Counted from the stretch's first letter, positions 27,501-37,580 are shown. The stretch is 54,986 bases of DNA from a virus (IMGVR_UViG_3300044795_000115:1-54986); one strand, 5' to 3'. Made by a program: numbers and translations. The notes: generated from the letters alone by a model not told the origin.

Positions 27501-30333
27501 GGTCAACGGTTATTACACCGAGCGGAACCGTGTTGACATCGAGGTAGCCAGTCCAACAGGCTCGAATGCTCCCTGTGTCGGTCTAAACATGACCTATGGT
27601 GGTGAGTCCTCCGCGAAGATGGTCGAGGAGTCTCCCACAAGTTCCATTGCCCCTGGCCTCAATATTAACGCTGGTGGCTTTGGCCTCCAGTATCACGCAG
27701 GGGTAGTCAACCCGGAAAACATTATGGTTGACTTCCGCTCCGTAAGCGTCCTCAACATGACTTGGAATGGCTACCTTTGTGGAGTCAGCGACGGCCTCTG
27801 CGCCACCATGAACATACCCTCGTGGTGTGGAGCCCCAGGCGACCTCGACATACAAGGTGTCTTCCCATCTCTTCTCGTTTGGAGTAGTGCCAACGATGCC
27901 AATGTCTGTAACAACCGCCAGAGTGGCCGACTTCACCTGCATGGTGTTCCCGGCCAGGCTGATGTAAATATCGACGTAATGACCAGCAATGCCGCAACTC
28001 CCAACATCGGTAATATCTCCAACCCCAAGACCATCAACAACTGGCTTACCTCAAGCCTGCAGAACGACTTTAACTACCTCAACACCATCGGCAGCATCAT
28101 GGTAACTTCTCCTAAAGGCCCAGGGGACACCAGTATCCTTCCCAATGGTGCTGGTGTTTACTGGGTCTACCCTCAGGCCTACCAAAGCGGCACCGCTTGT
28201 GGTAACCCCAACCAGCCAGCCTGTAGCGGTACCACCGTCTACAACTACCAATTCACTTGTACGGATGGAGGCGGCTTGGAGACTGCTCCTGCCTACGTTC
28301 CGCAGGGCAACTCAAACGGTTTGCCTTTGGATGCCAACAACCATGTCATTTTCCCGACGCCAGGATTTTCTCCCACTCTCTCAGCCACCAACTACATCCA
28401 GTTCCAGCTCGACTTCAACCGTGGCTGTGCTGCCGTCAACATCTACGGTGACAACGGTATCGGTGGGGTAATCGGCTACCTGACCACGGTCAAGGCTCGC
28501 GACATAACCGGAGGCGTCCCAGGCGGCTCCACCGGCCAGTTCTGGAACGACCTCGGCCAGTACACCAAGCTCACCACCCGGGTTCCCCCGATCACGACCC
28601 AGAGCGGCGGCATAGCAGCCGAGGGAACGATCGTCTCCGCCCAGTCCATGACTGCCCCGCAATTCATCGTAGGGAATCCAGTGGTTGGAGGCGGGACACC
28701 AGGGCCTGCTCCCCGTCCCCTGGCTTCCATCCATCTAGCCGACTTCTCTCCTACCGCTCCCTCCACTACTGGTCAGGTTCCAGTGTGGAACTCCGCCACC
28801 AACCGCTACGAGCCGGGCACAGTCGCAGGTACGGGAGGGGGCAACGTCACCGGTCCCGCCACCACCATCATCGGAAGGATGGCGACTTGGAACAACACCA
28901 CCGGCACTCTGCTGGCGAACGGCAACCCCCCACCCCAGGGGGCAGCGGTTACGGCCAACAACTTCCTGACCAACTTCAACGCTTCGACAGGAGCCTTCGG
29001 CATGGCACAGCCCAGCTTCTCGAACCTCTCGGGTTCGATCGCGGTCAGCCAGATCGCCGGGGGCACCAACGCCAGTGCCACTACCTTCCTGCGGGGGGAC
29101 AACACCTGGGCAGCTCCTGGTGCTGCCAGTGTTGCACTGAACAACATCACCGCAGCCACCGGCTCCAATACCACCCCCATCAACCACGGTGCCAACTACG
29201 TCAACTGGGCATGGAACTTCGTAGGTCAAAGCAATCTAGGCGTCTTTACCATGACCGATACCGGGGGAGCTGCCAACGGCACAGGAACTAACAACTACCT
29301 TCTAAACCTAACTACACAAGTAGGTTCTAGCGTCCAGCCCCTGCTGGCTCTGGCCCATGGCACAGGGACCGGAAGCAGTCCTCAGGGACTCCAAGTCGAT
29401 GGCGCAGGTAACGTCCACGTCACCGGCACCACCGCCCAGTTTAGCCTCGATAACATGCCCAGTGCCTTTTCCCTCACCACCAACACCACTGGTCAAGTAG
29501 TAGCAGGCATAACGCCTCCGGCCGGAGGATTCGCCTGTAACACCTCAACCGGCCCATCATCAACGGGCAACATCACTTCCGGCTTCGTGATCATTGGTGG
29601 GGGCCCCGCAAACTGTCCCAGCAGTTCCGGTTCCACGATGTCGGCAAGTTTCTTTGGTCTATCTACAAGTTCCGGGACTCAGGCTACCTACATACGCGGA
29701 CAGGCAGACGTTCAGGGTAATGCAGCTTCGGCTGGCTTCCTGATCCGGCAAGGGGACAACGTTGGTCCCGGTGTCAACGCGGCTGCGATTCACCAACCCA
29801 TGGTTATTCGGGCAGGCAACAATGCTGCCACCTCAGCCTTAGCCCAAGCTGGCTCTCTAGGACTGTTCCCAGGTATGGGGAACAGCGGACAAGCCCAGAA
29901 TGGCTACTTCCAGACGGGCATGACAGCTTTCCCCGGCACCCCTGCGCCGACGCTGTGGAGCATGGAATGCCAAAGCGGGGCAGACCAGACCGTAGTCGAT
30001 TGCCCAGCAACTCCAGCCTACATCATCGGGGTAGCCCAAATCGTAGGCACCAACTCCGTAACTATCATTACCGGTGGTGAAGTCCCCATCAACAGCAGCA
30101 ACGCCGCCGTCATCGGTCATACCGTCTGTGCCGGAGCAACTCCGGGGCGGGTAACCGACAGCGGCGGTACAGGCAGTTGCGGTACGGGTAACGGGTTTGT
30201 CGTGGGAGTGGTAAACCGCATTGCAGGAACCTACAACCTGCCTAATAACCAAAACTCTGCGGCCATTCAGACCGCCGTGCCGGTAACCTTAAGCTCCACC
30301 CTTCCCTCGATCATTCTGCTAGGTCGCAAATGA
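24595..30333 (+). CDS. Giant fibre/tailspike-like protein with N-terminal signal peptide (1912 aa)
   Basis: MLRYLIIVGLLVSSVWA-Q; SGDLSGTYPSPTV fibre motif; DVSKFGVKADG and TDDVAGWQAA beta-helix-entry motifs; many paired Cys. Confidence 0.8.
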   Translation: MLRYLIIVGLLVSSVWAQYTQVTANVHDANGVQYQACTYNVSFVNQNTTPGAPPPNLNGSTFQTQFVGAKCDGNGNLSLRIADNQVVQPQPSTWNWAVCDRTGVHCFQVQCSATGPSQDITACLSSAPPPLLPGGGGGGGGSPTGPASGDLSGTYPSPTVVGLLGRPLPTLQTGALSWNGNQWVLTPGAVGGGIQTINGNNNSAQLFLQGAGISVVSSGGTTTISNTQPFLGGMPLSSLQPATAPNTIQNLAQQQNWYWMLTALGGTEIGLNIGEAANQVSTNTQSTMLQTFVLQNSTANAFKAVADVSPTNPGGTGLQVNNLGDMLGLNGSHFIGLFRANNITGRNQCVQADAAGNLIGTGQVCGAGGGGGGFTSPFVVLSANAAQNLTINVPNVGNPSFTTSTGYISMGSLLVNNLSGHGTNCLQADNTGLVTITGLPCGTGTGGGGITSINTSTVAAQTIVGTNGTTVATNVATGATTIDSKVVMATDVSKFGVKADGVLAGCNTTANSTTISCYSNPPAATDVGKLIVLYGAGNNTGQVTGTINVGACIGTCTPGPPNTDQPVTFNDPTDGCSITPVGTSTLAAAIGYGAGTITLTTPFTTPIKIGDILVISNGTNTEYLTITSVQDQTHVTINFNQYSYPLGTTVTGSISYRNMVYGWIHLDANGVPTNAVSDPNNYPNGGLKSSGNFIGEGCVHPPTQGQIIPVGSTTSMGTFAFTGGTMVTGDWPTTLVTATTVANTPPTTVSSGGTAVYGTDDVAGWQAACDQNAAAPNSIGSFTFTGTSLISHGINCSGAGFKLEGTGYGNVGAPGASVLVYAGQGTPPTGEKHDWILQLSQGYGVELKRFGMRGNSMAKPYAIMPSFGNPAGAGGNQIAQNYHYKDLWIGWQWGDSPIPAPPYRGYEFQSCFLANGVIGNTDFASFENIYCYGAEVGFDSVNDQATAYVFNNIQVDNSNIGFACWGGMQVNGYYTERNRVDIEVASPTGSNAPCVGLNMTYGGESSAKMVEESPTSSIAPGLNINAGGFGLQYHAGVVNPENIMVDFRSVSVLNMTWNGYLCGVSDGLCATMNIPSWCGAPGDLDIQGVFPSLLVWSSANDANVCNNRQSGRLHLHGVPGQADVNIDVMTSNAATPNIGNISNPKTINNWLTSSLQNDFNYLNTIGSIMVTSPKGPGDTSILPNGAGVYWVYPQAYQSGTACGNPNQPACSGTTVYNYQFTCTDGGGLETAPAYVPQGNSNGLPLDANNHVIFPTPGFSPTLSATNYIQFQLDFNRGCAAVNIYGDNGIGGVIGYLTTVKARDITGGVPGGSTGQFWNDLGQYTKLTTRVPPITTQSGGIAAEGTIVSAQSMTAPQFIVGNPVVGGGTPGPAPRPLASIHLADFSPTAPSTTGQVPVWNSATNRYEPGTVAGTGGGNVTGPATTIIGRMATWNNTTGTLLANGNPPPQGAAVTANNFLTNFNASTGAFGMAQPSFSNLSGSIAVSQIAGGTNASATTFLRGDNTWAAPGAASVALNNITAATGSNTTPINHGANYVNWAWNFVGQSNLGVFTMTDTGGAANGTGTNNYLLNLTTQVGSSVQPLLALAHGTGTGSSPQGLQVDGAGNVHVTGTTAQFSLDNMPSAFSLTTNTTGQVVAGITPPAGGFACNTSTGPSSTGNITSGFVIIGGGPANCPSSSGSTMSASFFGLSTSSGTQATYIRGQADVQGNAASAGFLIRQGDNVGPGVNAAAIHQPMVIRAGNNAATSALAQAGSLGLFPGMGNSGQAQNGYFQTGMTAFPGTPAPTLWSMECQSGADQTVVDCPATPAYIIGVAQIVGTNSVTIITGGEVPINSSNAAVIGHTVCAGATPGRVTDSGGTGSCGTGNGFVVGVVNRIAGTYNLPNNQNSAAIQTAVPVTLSSTLPSIILLGRK

Positions 30334-33300
30334 AGTGGCTGCTCCTCATCGCAGTAACGGCTATAAGTTGTCTCGGGCAGGTAGGGAACATAGGGCCACA
30401 GATGCCCCCTGGCCCCGGGCTATCACAGAAGCCTCCCTCCGACCCTATCCTACCGGTCGGCTGTACCCTCTCTAACCTGGTTAGCTGTGTCCCTCTCTAC
30501 ACCGGGGACGAGCCCATGCAGACAGACTTCTCCCTGCCCTACAACTTCACCGCTGCCGACTGTACAAACTCCACCAGCGGCATGCCAGGGAACACCTTCA
30601 CCTACTCCGGCGATACCCAATACGTCTGGTGTCCAGCTACCTTCTCCCAGCTCCAGGGCATCCTTCTGGGCACTGCTTACAACGGAGTGACCTGGTCGCA
30701 GGGTGACATTATCGCCCTCCAGCCTCAAGGTCTGAATGGTGCTGTTGTCTACGCCACCACCAGCTCTATCGGCCAGAACCAGATGCTCTGCGGCTCGATC
30801 AACACCCAATGGCCACAATTCGGGTCACAGCGTCCAGGCTGTGATCTAGCCTTCCCTCAGAGCACGAATCCCAAGCACAAATACTCCTATGTCATAACCA
30901 TGAACTACGCCTTGCTGCCGCCTCCAGGGAACCGGATCTCGGTGCTGGACCATCTCAACATGGCCAAGATTTCCCTGACCCACTTCAACCTCGGCATCGG
31001 GATGGGTCCCCGGGTAAACCACTGGCGTTTTGTCGGCATCGAATTTGTCTCCAGCTCGACCAGCCAGCCGGTCGGCCAGGGTCAAGCTTCAGGGCCATGG
31101 ACTCTGGGCCAGGCTTACATCCTTATCTCTTCGGAAGGCTGGAACCGCTACTCTGGCAAGCGAGATCTGTTTGCAGCTAACGGGGGTAATAACCCTCAAA
31201 CCTGCATCCCCTATGGAACAAACGCTGCCACCAGCTATCCCATGCCTGCTTACTGTGAATACCTAGGAGGTGCCATCGAGGTAGGGGCCTGGGGCCAGGG
31301 TGCCATCCTCAGCGTTACCCCTCATACCATGGCGGTCAGCACTACGGGTAACGTCGTCATCACCACCCAGGACAGCCACATGTGTGACGACCTCAACGTC
31401 GGCTGTGCCACCATGGGTTCGGATGCTCCGACCTACAGCTCCTTCGGCTTCGGAGTGAAGGTCAATTCCAACACCGTAGCAAACGTCCCCTGCCCTGCCG
31501 TGGTCGCCAATCCGTCGAGCACCTGCCAGACCCTGACCGCCAACGTCACCGTCTACGACAACATCGGCGATGCCATGAAGTACCAGACATCGCAGAACTC
31601 CAAGCCCATCTCCCACATGCTGTTCCGTGCTCCCCTGGTCACGACCAAACGTGGAGCCCACGGCTACGTTGACGAAAACATGGTCCGGCCCGGCGGCCTG
31701 ATCCTGACCAGTCCAACCATCCCTATCATCGTCAGTGTCCAGAACACCACTCACAACAACTACCCGATCGTCCTGTTATCGAACATCCAAAACACCTACA
31801 ACGACGCCACCCTTAGCATCACCACCGCCAATACCACGATGACCACCGCCCCTGGTGGTATAACCACTGCCCAAGTCGGTATCACCAACGGTCCTACCAA
31901 CGTCACCCTCAGCAGTGCCACGGTGGTAGACAACACCCACATCAACGTCGGTGTCCACATGACCAATGCCGGCTTTGCTGCGGGTGGCCGCCTGAGCACG
32001 GGCATTATCCTAGGGGCAAACTCCATTCCGCCTTCCCCCACCTGTCAGCCACCCACCTGTGCTGGTCCGATCCCGGTAGCAGTTGATCCGTACAACTTCG
32101 ACGGCACCCTGTTCATGATCCCGGACACCAACCCCAACTCATGGATTCAATCTATCGACTGCTTTGCCGTGCTTGCCGGCGAGACTTACACCTGTCATGT
32201 TGTCGGGGCTCATACTAACTGGCAGCAGGGGCAGACCAACTTCACCTTCATGGGCCTGCCGCTGCCTCCGCCCACTGGCGGTCAGGACATCAATGTCACC
32301 TCGACCACCATCGTCGATACCACCCATGCCACCATAACCTTCAAGCTCGACCCGACCGCCTCCAACGGCTCCAGCTACATCATGTTCGACCGTTGCGACA
32401 TCCACGGCACCAACGTTCACATGATCAAGAACTGGCTGGACTTTACCACCCCATTCATCTGGCAACCCGATCCAGCAAGCAACGGCCAGAACATCCGTAC
32501 GGTGATGGAGTTCGGCGGCAAGTACATGGGTATCCGCGATTCCCTGATTCACGAATCAGCGATGTGTATCTACGTCCCCGCCGGGGCACTGCCGTCGAAG
32601 TGTTCATCCGCCATTGACAACAATCCCGTTACTCATGGAGCAGGCCCCGGGCCTCACTGGTACAACAACAACGAAGCCTGGAACGGTACTGAGCTGATGT
32701 TCAACGGTGGCACCGGGGCAGCGCAGATCTGGTCTACCAACCTCCTGACCTCCGACCAGGTCTACATCCACAACTACCTGCACGATCAGGACAACTTCCT
32801 CCCTGCCTCGATCATCCAGGTTATGCAGGACGACACCAGCCAACGTGCAGCGGTTACAAACTTCATAATTAACATCAACCCCTCGACCACCTGCTCGACC
32901 GGAACGCCACCAGTCAGCGGTACGGGAGTCATTACCGGGGTAGACGAAACCAACCAGCCCAGCGGTTGGACCTACTGCCCTGACCGTATCTTCGTTAACG
33001 GTGGCGGCGGGTCGAACGGCATGATCTCGTGCTCGGTCACGAACCCTGGCCCCAGCGGCAGGCTTCACTTCACCGTTACCAACCCTGGCTGCGGCTATTA
33101 CATCAATCCCAGCCTGGTCTACACCATCGAGCAACAAGGCTCGGTGAAGAACCTATTTGAGACCAAGCACCAGACAAGGGCCCTCTACTACGGAAACGTC
33201 GCCAGCAACGTCTGGTCTAACTCCTCCCTCAACCAATACGGCTACAACTTCCTGGTCAACGTCATCGCCGGTAACACAGACGGTCCGGTCATGGGCTACT

Positions 33301-36300
33301 ACGAAGACACCTACACCTACGGCAACTGGTTCGACATGGGCTGGCAGTCGATAGTGCTGGGCTCACCCGCCCCATGTACGGCCTCGGCAGGCTTTGCGGC
33401 GGCCCCAATAGCTTCGCAGCTGGCCGCTCCACAGAATTGTGTCACCCCTTTTGACCCGTATGCCGCCTGGCCCGTCCCGATTGGCAGTCAAGCCGGGAGC
33501 TACAGCCGGGGCACGGCTGGCGGCCTGCCAAACAATGTTCACTTCATCAACAACCTGATCACGCAGCGGGACATCGTTGATGACCGGGACATCATTCCCG
33601 ACGCCAACATCTGGAACGAAGAGACGGGTGGAGGCAGTGTCAGCGCCACTCTCAAGACCGGCAACATGTCGAACTTCGAGTTCACCCACAACACCATGGA
33701 TAAGAGGCCTAACTATGTCGAGACCAGTATCTATGGAGTCTACATTGTTCGTGGTTTGGCAGCCGGTCAGAACTGGTACACCCAGAGCGGGGCCTCTACC
33801 CTTTGGAACTCCTACGTCTGGGGCAACGTAATGCAGTGTCTGCCAACCGGCGATGGCACCGATGGCCTGGTATTTGCCCAACGCAACCTGGCCTGCCCAA
33901 CTCCCTACGGTGATACCACTCAGAACTGTCCGGCCACCGTTACAGGTGGTGGGTACGCTTGGGGACACCATTATTGGGGCAACGTCATGTTCGACGGCAA
34001 GCCCCCCGACTCAAGTGGTCGATGCTACTCCAGCCCGACCACCAGCTCCACCGGCACCCTGCCCAACGGGGACTGGACCTTCAACGGAGCTTCCAACAAC
34101 TTCGGCGGCACCACCAACCCAACCACCCAGGCAACCCAGTACGCCAACACCAGCCTGTACGTCAGTGGCCGCCGTCCCGGGGATTGGACTCTGGTAGCGC
34201 CAGCCGGAGCGGTAGGGCTGTGTACCGCTGCGGGAGCCTGCCAGGACACAGCGGTCCCGGGGATCAACAACGCCGCCCTGATGACAGCCATCGGCCAAGC
34301 CTCGGTGACCGCCATCCCTAACGTTGTCACCGGCCAGTGGACCCGAACCGTCTACAACATCCTGGGCAACGTGACGGGCAGCTACTCCGGCCACATGGAC
34401 ATGACCCTGAGTAACGGCCAGACCCTGACCACAGACGGCAACGGCAACTACGTCTTCGTTAACCTCGTCCCCGGTTCCTATACCATCACCCCTCAACCTC
34501 CTCAACCCGGCTGCACCTTCACCCCGCCTACCCAGTCGATCGCTATCAGCAACTCCGACCAGACCGCAGCTCAGTTCACGACCACCTGTCCCAACGCCAT
34601 CTTCTCGATCGCGGGCAACGTAAGCGGTTCAGCCTTCAACTGGACTTCCCTGACCGCCACCTCCGGCTCGGTATCAAAGACGGTAACCGCCAATTCTGCC
34701 GGCGCCTACAACTTTACGGTCCTGCACCCGGGCACCTATACCATCACTCCCAGCTTCTACGGTATCGTCTACACCCCCCAGTCCACCACCGTGGTGCTGG
34801 GCACCAACAACGCCTTCGGGCAGAACTTCACCGCCGCCAATATCACGGGAACCTACATGATCTCGGGGTCGGTCATTTCCCCAACCGGTCCCATTTCCAG
34901 CGACGGTTATGGGGTCACGATGAACATCATCGGGCCCCAGAATCGAACCGTAATAACCAACGGAAATGCCAATTACGTCGTAGCCGGGCTGAGCGGTGGC
35001 GGCTTGCAGTACACCGTAATACCCTCGAAGACCGGCTACACCTTCCAGCCTGCCTCCCAGGTCGTTACCCTCAGCACCATCAACGCATCCGGCATCAACT
35101 TCCGCTGGGTCAGGGCCTCGAACACCTTCAGCATCCGTGGCCAGGTACAGGGATCGCTTACGGCGGGACTGCGTCTGGATCTCTCAGGGGCGGGCACCAG
35201 CTCCGCGGTTACAGCCGCAGACGGCACCTACAACTTCAACGGCCTGGTGGCAGGAAACTACACGGTGACGCCTCAGCCCATTACCGGGATCACCTTCACC
35301 CCGGCCTCTCAGCCCGTGGTGATCTCGACCTCCACCATGACTGGAATCAACTTCACCACCACCGGCACCATCATCACCGGCTCGATCTCGGGCCAGATCA
35401 CCGGCACTTGTCCAACCACAAATTGCAGCGCGATAGCAGTTAGCTTGGGAGGCCAGTCAGGCGGAGCCACCACCACGGATGCCAACGGCAACTACTCCTT
35501 CACCGGCCTTCAGAGTGGCAACTACACGGTAGCGCCGTCCAGAACCGGCTACGTCTTCACTCCTCCCATAGCTCAGGTCAGCGTGAGTGGAAACAACGTA
35601 ACGCAGAACTTTTTCTCTGCCACAGCCCCACCAGCCTACAGCATAACGTCGAGGACCACCGATAACACCGGGGCCGTCATTATCGGCATTGTCATCAACA
35701 TCACCAACCAGGCCACCGGCACCCTGGTTGCCTCAGGGACTACCAGCGGCGGCAACGGCACTTGGGTATGGAACCAAGCCACCAACGGCACCTACGTTGT
35801 CACCCCGTCATCGACGACCTACACCTTCCAGCCAGCCTCGACCACCGTCACCATCAACAACGCCAACGCCACCTGGCAGCAATTCGTCGGCACCCCGATC
35901 CCCACGACCTTCACCATCAGCGGCACTATCACGGGCGGCAACAACAACAGCTCCGGCATCGAAGTGCAATTGGGCACGGGCGGCGGCGGTACGGTACAGA
36001 CCTTCACCGACTCGAACGGTAACTACTCCTTCGCCGGTCTGAACAACGGCTCCTACACGGTAACCCCGGTACTGGCGGGCTGGACCTTCACCCCACCCTC
36101 GTATGACGTGACCATCAACAACGCCAACGTGCCTAACCAGAACTTCCAAGCCTCCTTCATCGCCGCCTACACCATCTCGGGCACGATCACGGGGGCTCCC
36201 AACAACTCCTCCGCCATCCCGGTAACCCTGCTGAACAGCACAAACCCGCAGCAGGTAGTGGTGAACACCGACAGCTCGGGCAACTATGCCTTCCCAGGCC

Positions 36301-36776
36301 TCCAGCCAGGCAACTACACGGTGCTGCCCAACCTCCAAGGCTGGTCCTTCACCCCACCGTCGATCGCCGTCACCATAATCGCCAACGACGTGCCTGGTCA
36401 GAACTTCAGTGCTGCTGCCGGGACCACGCTGATCCGGTCTAACTTCAGCGGGGCGGTGACCCATGGTATAACCGTACTCATAACCAATGGGGTAGCCGTC
36501 TACCAATGCACCACCTCACCGATCACAGTCTTCTGTGATGTCCAGGTACCCTCCGGCACATGGTCAGTGACGCCCAACGCGATTCCCGGCTACGTGTTGA
36601 TCCCTGACACCCGGACGGTGACGAGGCCTGATCCCCATGCGGTGTGGCAGCAGTTCGTCACAGCTCCCCTGCCCCAGTGGAATGCCCAAGGAATCGGTCC
36701 TGGAACAGCCACCCCGGCAATCACTCCGCTGCCCGCCGGGCGGGCTCCCAAAAAGAAGGCGCCGGCGCCACGATGA
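30330..36776 (+). CDS. Giant secreted beta-helix plus Ig-like repeat adhesin/depolymerase-like protein (2148 aa)
   Basis: MKWLLLIAVTAISCLG-Q signal; FDRCDIHG and VKNLFETK beta-helix patterns; about nine C-terminal TDxNGNYxFxGLxxGxYTVTP repeats. Confidence 0.8.
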   Translation: MKWLLLIAVTAISCLGQVGNIGPQMPPGPGLSQKPPSDPILPVGCTLSNLVSCVPLYTGDEPMQTDFSLPYNFTAADCTNSTSGMPGNTFTYSGDTQYVWCPATFSQLQGILLGTAYNGVTWSQGDIIALQPQGLNGAVVYATTSSIGQNQMLCGSINTQWPQFGSQRPGCDLAFPQSTNPKHKYSYVITMNYALLPPPGNRISVLDHLNMAKISLTHFNLGIGMGPRVNHWRFVGIEFVSSSTSQPVGQGQASGPWTLGQAYILISSEGWNRYSGKRDLFAANGGNNPQTCIPYGTNAATSYPMPAYCEYLGGAIEVGAWGQGAILSVTPHTMAVSTTGNVVITTQDSHMCDDLNVGCATMGSDAPTYSSFGFGVKVNSNTVANVPCPAVVANPSSTCQTLTANVTVYDNIGDAMKYQTSQNSKPISHMLFRAPLVTTKRGAHGYVDENMVRPGGLILTSPTIPIIVSVQNTTHNNYPIVLLSNIQNTYNDATLSITTANTTMTTAPGGITTAQVGITNGPTNVTLSSATVVDNTHINVGVHMTNAGFAAGGRLSTGIILGANSIPPSPTCQPPTCAGPIPVAVDPYNFDGTLFMIPDTNPNSWIQSIDCFAVLAGETYTCHVVGAHTNWQQGQTNFTFMGLPLPPPTGGQDINVTSTTIVDTTHATITFKLDPTASNGSSYIMFDRCDIHGTNVHMIKNWLDFTTPFIWQPDPASNGQNIRTVMEFGGKYMGIRDSLIHESAMCIYVPAGALPSKCSSAIDNNPVTHGAGPGPHWYNNNEAWNGTELMFNGGTGAAQIWSTNLLTSDQVYIHNYLHDQDNFLPASIIQVMQDDTSQRAAVTNFIININPSTTCSTGTPPVSGTGVITGVDETNQPSGWTYCPDRIFVNGGGGSNGMISCSVTNPGPSGRLHFTVTNPGCGYYINPSLVYTIEQQGSVKNLFETKHQTRALYYGNVASNVWSNSSLNQYGYNFLVNVIAGNTDGPVMGYYEDTYTYGNWFDMGWQSIVLGSPAPCTASAGFAAAPIASQLAAPQNCVTPFDPYAAWPVPIGSQAGSYSRGTAGGLPNNVHFINNLITQRDIVDDRDIIPDANIWNEETGGGSVSATLKTGNMSNFEFTHNTMDKRPNYVETSIYGVYIVRGLAAGQNWYTQSGASTLWNSYVWGNVMQCLPTGDGTDGLVFAQRNLACPTPYGDTTQNCPATVTGGGYAWGHHYWGNVMFDGKPPDSSGRCYSSPTTSSTGTLPNGDWTFNGASNNFGGTTNPTTQATQYANTSLYVSGRRPGDWTLVAPAGAVGLCTAAGACQDTAVPGINNAALMTAIGQASVTAIPNVVTGQWTRTVYNILGNVTGSYSGHMDMTLSNGQTLTTDGNGNYVFVNLVPGSYTITPQPPQPGCTFTPPTQSIAISNSDQTAAQFTTTCPNAIFSIAGNVSGSAFNWTSLTATSGSVSKTVTANSAGAYNFTVLHPGTYTITPSFYGIVYTPQSTTVVLGTNNAFGQNFTAANITGTYMISGSVISPTGPISSDGYGVTMNIIGPQNRTVITNGNANYVVAGLSGGGLQYTVIPSKTGYTFQPASQVVTLSTINASGINFRWVRASNTFSIRGQVQGSLTAGLRLDLSGAGTSSAVTAADGTYNFNGLVAGNYTVTPQPITGITFTPASQPVVISTSTMTGINFTTTGTIITGSISGQITGTCPTTNCSAIAVSLGGQSGGATTTDANGNYSFTGLQSGNYTVAPSRTGYVFTPPIAQVSVSGNNVTQNFFSATAPPAYSITSRTTDNTGAVIIGIVINITNQATGTLVASGTTSGGNGTWVWNQATNGTYVVTPSSTTYTFQPASTTVTINNANATWQQFVGTPIPTTFTISGTITGGNNNSSGIEVQLGTGGGGTVQTFTDSNGNYSFAGLNNGSYTVTPVLAGWTFTPPSYDVTINNANVPNQNFQASFIAAYTISGTITGAPNNSSAIPVTLLNSTNPQQVVVNTDSSGNYAFPGLQPGNYTVLPNLQGWSFTPPSIAVTIIANDVPGQNFSAAAGTTLIRSNFSGAVTHGITVLITNGVAVYQCTTSPITVFCDVQVPSGTWSVTPNAIPGYVLIPDTRTVTRPDPHAVWQQFVTAPLPQWNAQGIGPGTATPAITPLPAGRAPKKKAPAPR
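34345..36665 (+). repeat. About nine tandem carboxypeptidase-regulatory/SdrD-B-like domains (roughly 85 aa each)
   Basis: Repeated ISGxIxG...TDSNGNYSFxGL..GxYTVTP...GxTFxPxS..V.I.....QNF. Confidence 0.85.
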
Positions 36777-36961
36777 ATCTCAAGACGGTAGTGATCTGGA
36801 TGGTAGCCTGGCCGCTGACCCTCGTGCTGTTGCTGTTTGTGCCGCTGCTGGTACTCTTAGGCTATCTCAGGCTCATCCCCCGCAGGTCGTATCCATCGGA
36901 GGAGGAGATCATCGCGCGACACGTCTCGCGGGCAATGAATGAAAGCGAGGAACTCGAATGA
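36773..36961 (+). CDS. Small membrane protein
   Basis: Long hydrophobic N-terminal segment; ATGA-coupled. Confidence 0.75.
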   Translation: MNLKTVVIWMVAWPLTLVLLLFVPLLVLLGYLRLIPRRSYPSEEEIIARHVSRAMNESEELE

Positions 36962-37179
36962 TCTCCCTACTGTTAGCTCTGTACCTCGGGCAGGCTAAGC
37001 CGGTGAAGCCAAAGCCAGCTCCCAGGCCCCCGGTAGCTACCACGCAGCCAGCACCCCCACGAGGCCGGGCCACAACGCCTCAGCAGCGTCAAACCCATCC
37101 CGCCATCATCAGGACGGTACAGACGGCTAACCACATCACCACATTAAGGCGTCAGGCGGCCTCTGGTTTCCCCAAATGA
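36958..37179 (+). CDS. Small exported Pro/basic protein
   Basis: MISLLLALYLG-Q leader; ATGA-coupled. Confidence 0.7.
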   Translation: MISLLLALYLGQAKPVKPKPAPRPPVATTQPAPPRGRATTPQQRQTHPAIIRTVQTANHITTLRRQAASGFPK

Positions 37180-37580
37180 TCTCCCTCGTATTGGCCTTGT
37201 TTCTGTGGCAGGCCTATCCGTCACCACCGCCGCCAGAGCTCACCCACCAGACGATTAAGAAGCAGCTCGGACTGAAGCCCGAGCAGGAGGGCCCGCTGTT
37301 CCAAGTCCTGGACGGTGAGGTGACGAGGGTCAACCAGATTATCGATGGGCCGGGAACGGCCGCGGAGAAGATCCAGAAGCTCGACGCCCTGCACAACGCC
37401 GATGCGGCCAAGCTGAAGCAGCCGCTCGATCCCGCGCAGTACACGAAGCTGCGCACGCTGCTCCAGAGCTACGAGGCGATGGCAGTAGCTCACCAATCCC
37501 AGCAGGCTGCCCAGCCGCAGCTCACACCTCAGCCGGCGGCGCCAGCCCAGGCAAAGCCGAAGTCGAAACCTCCACAATAA
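37176..37580 (+). CDS. Spy/CpxP (LTxxQ)-like periplasmic protein
   Basis: Hydrophobic leader, then KQLGLKPEQ ... QPLDPAQY, two LTxxQ-like motifs flanking helices. Confidence 0.65.
   Translation: MISLVLALFLWQAYPSPPPPELTHQTIKKQLGLKPEQEGPLFQVLDGEVTRVNQIIDGPGTAAEKIQKLDALHNADAAKLKQPLDPAQYTKLRTLLQSYEAMAVAHQSQQAAQPQLTPQPAAPAQAKPKSKPPQ

Noticed and set aside
34345-36665. Repeats as DGR template/variable regions
   Set aside because: No reverse transcriptase recognised; the repeats are in-frame protein domains that differ at all base types
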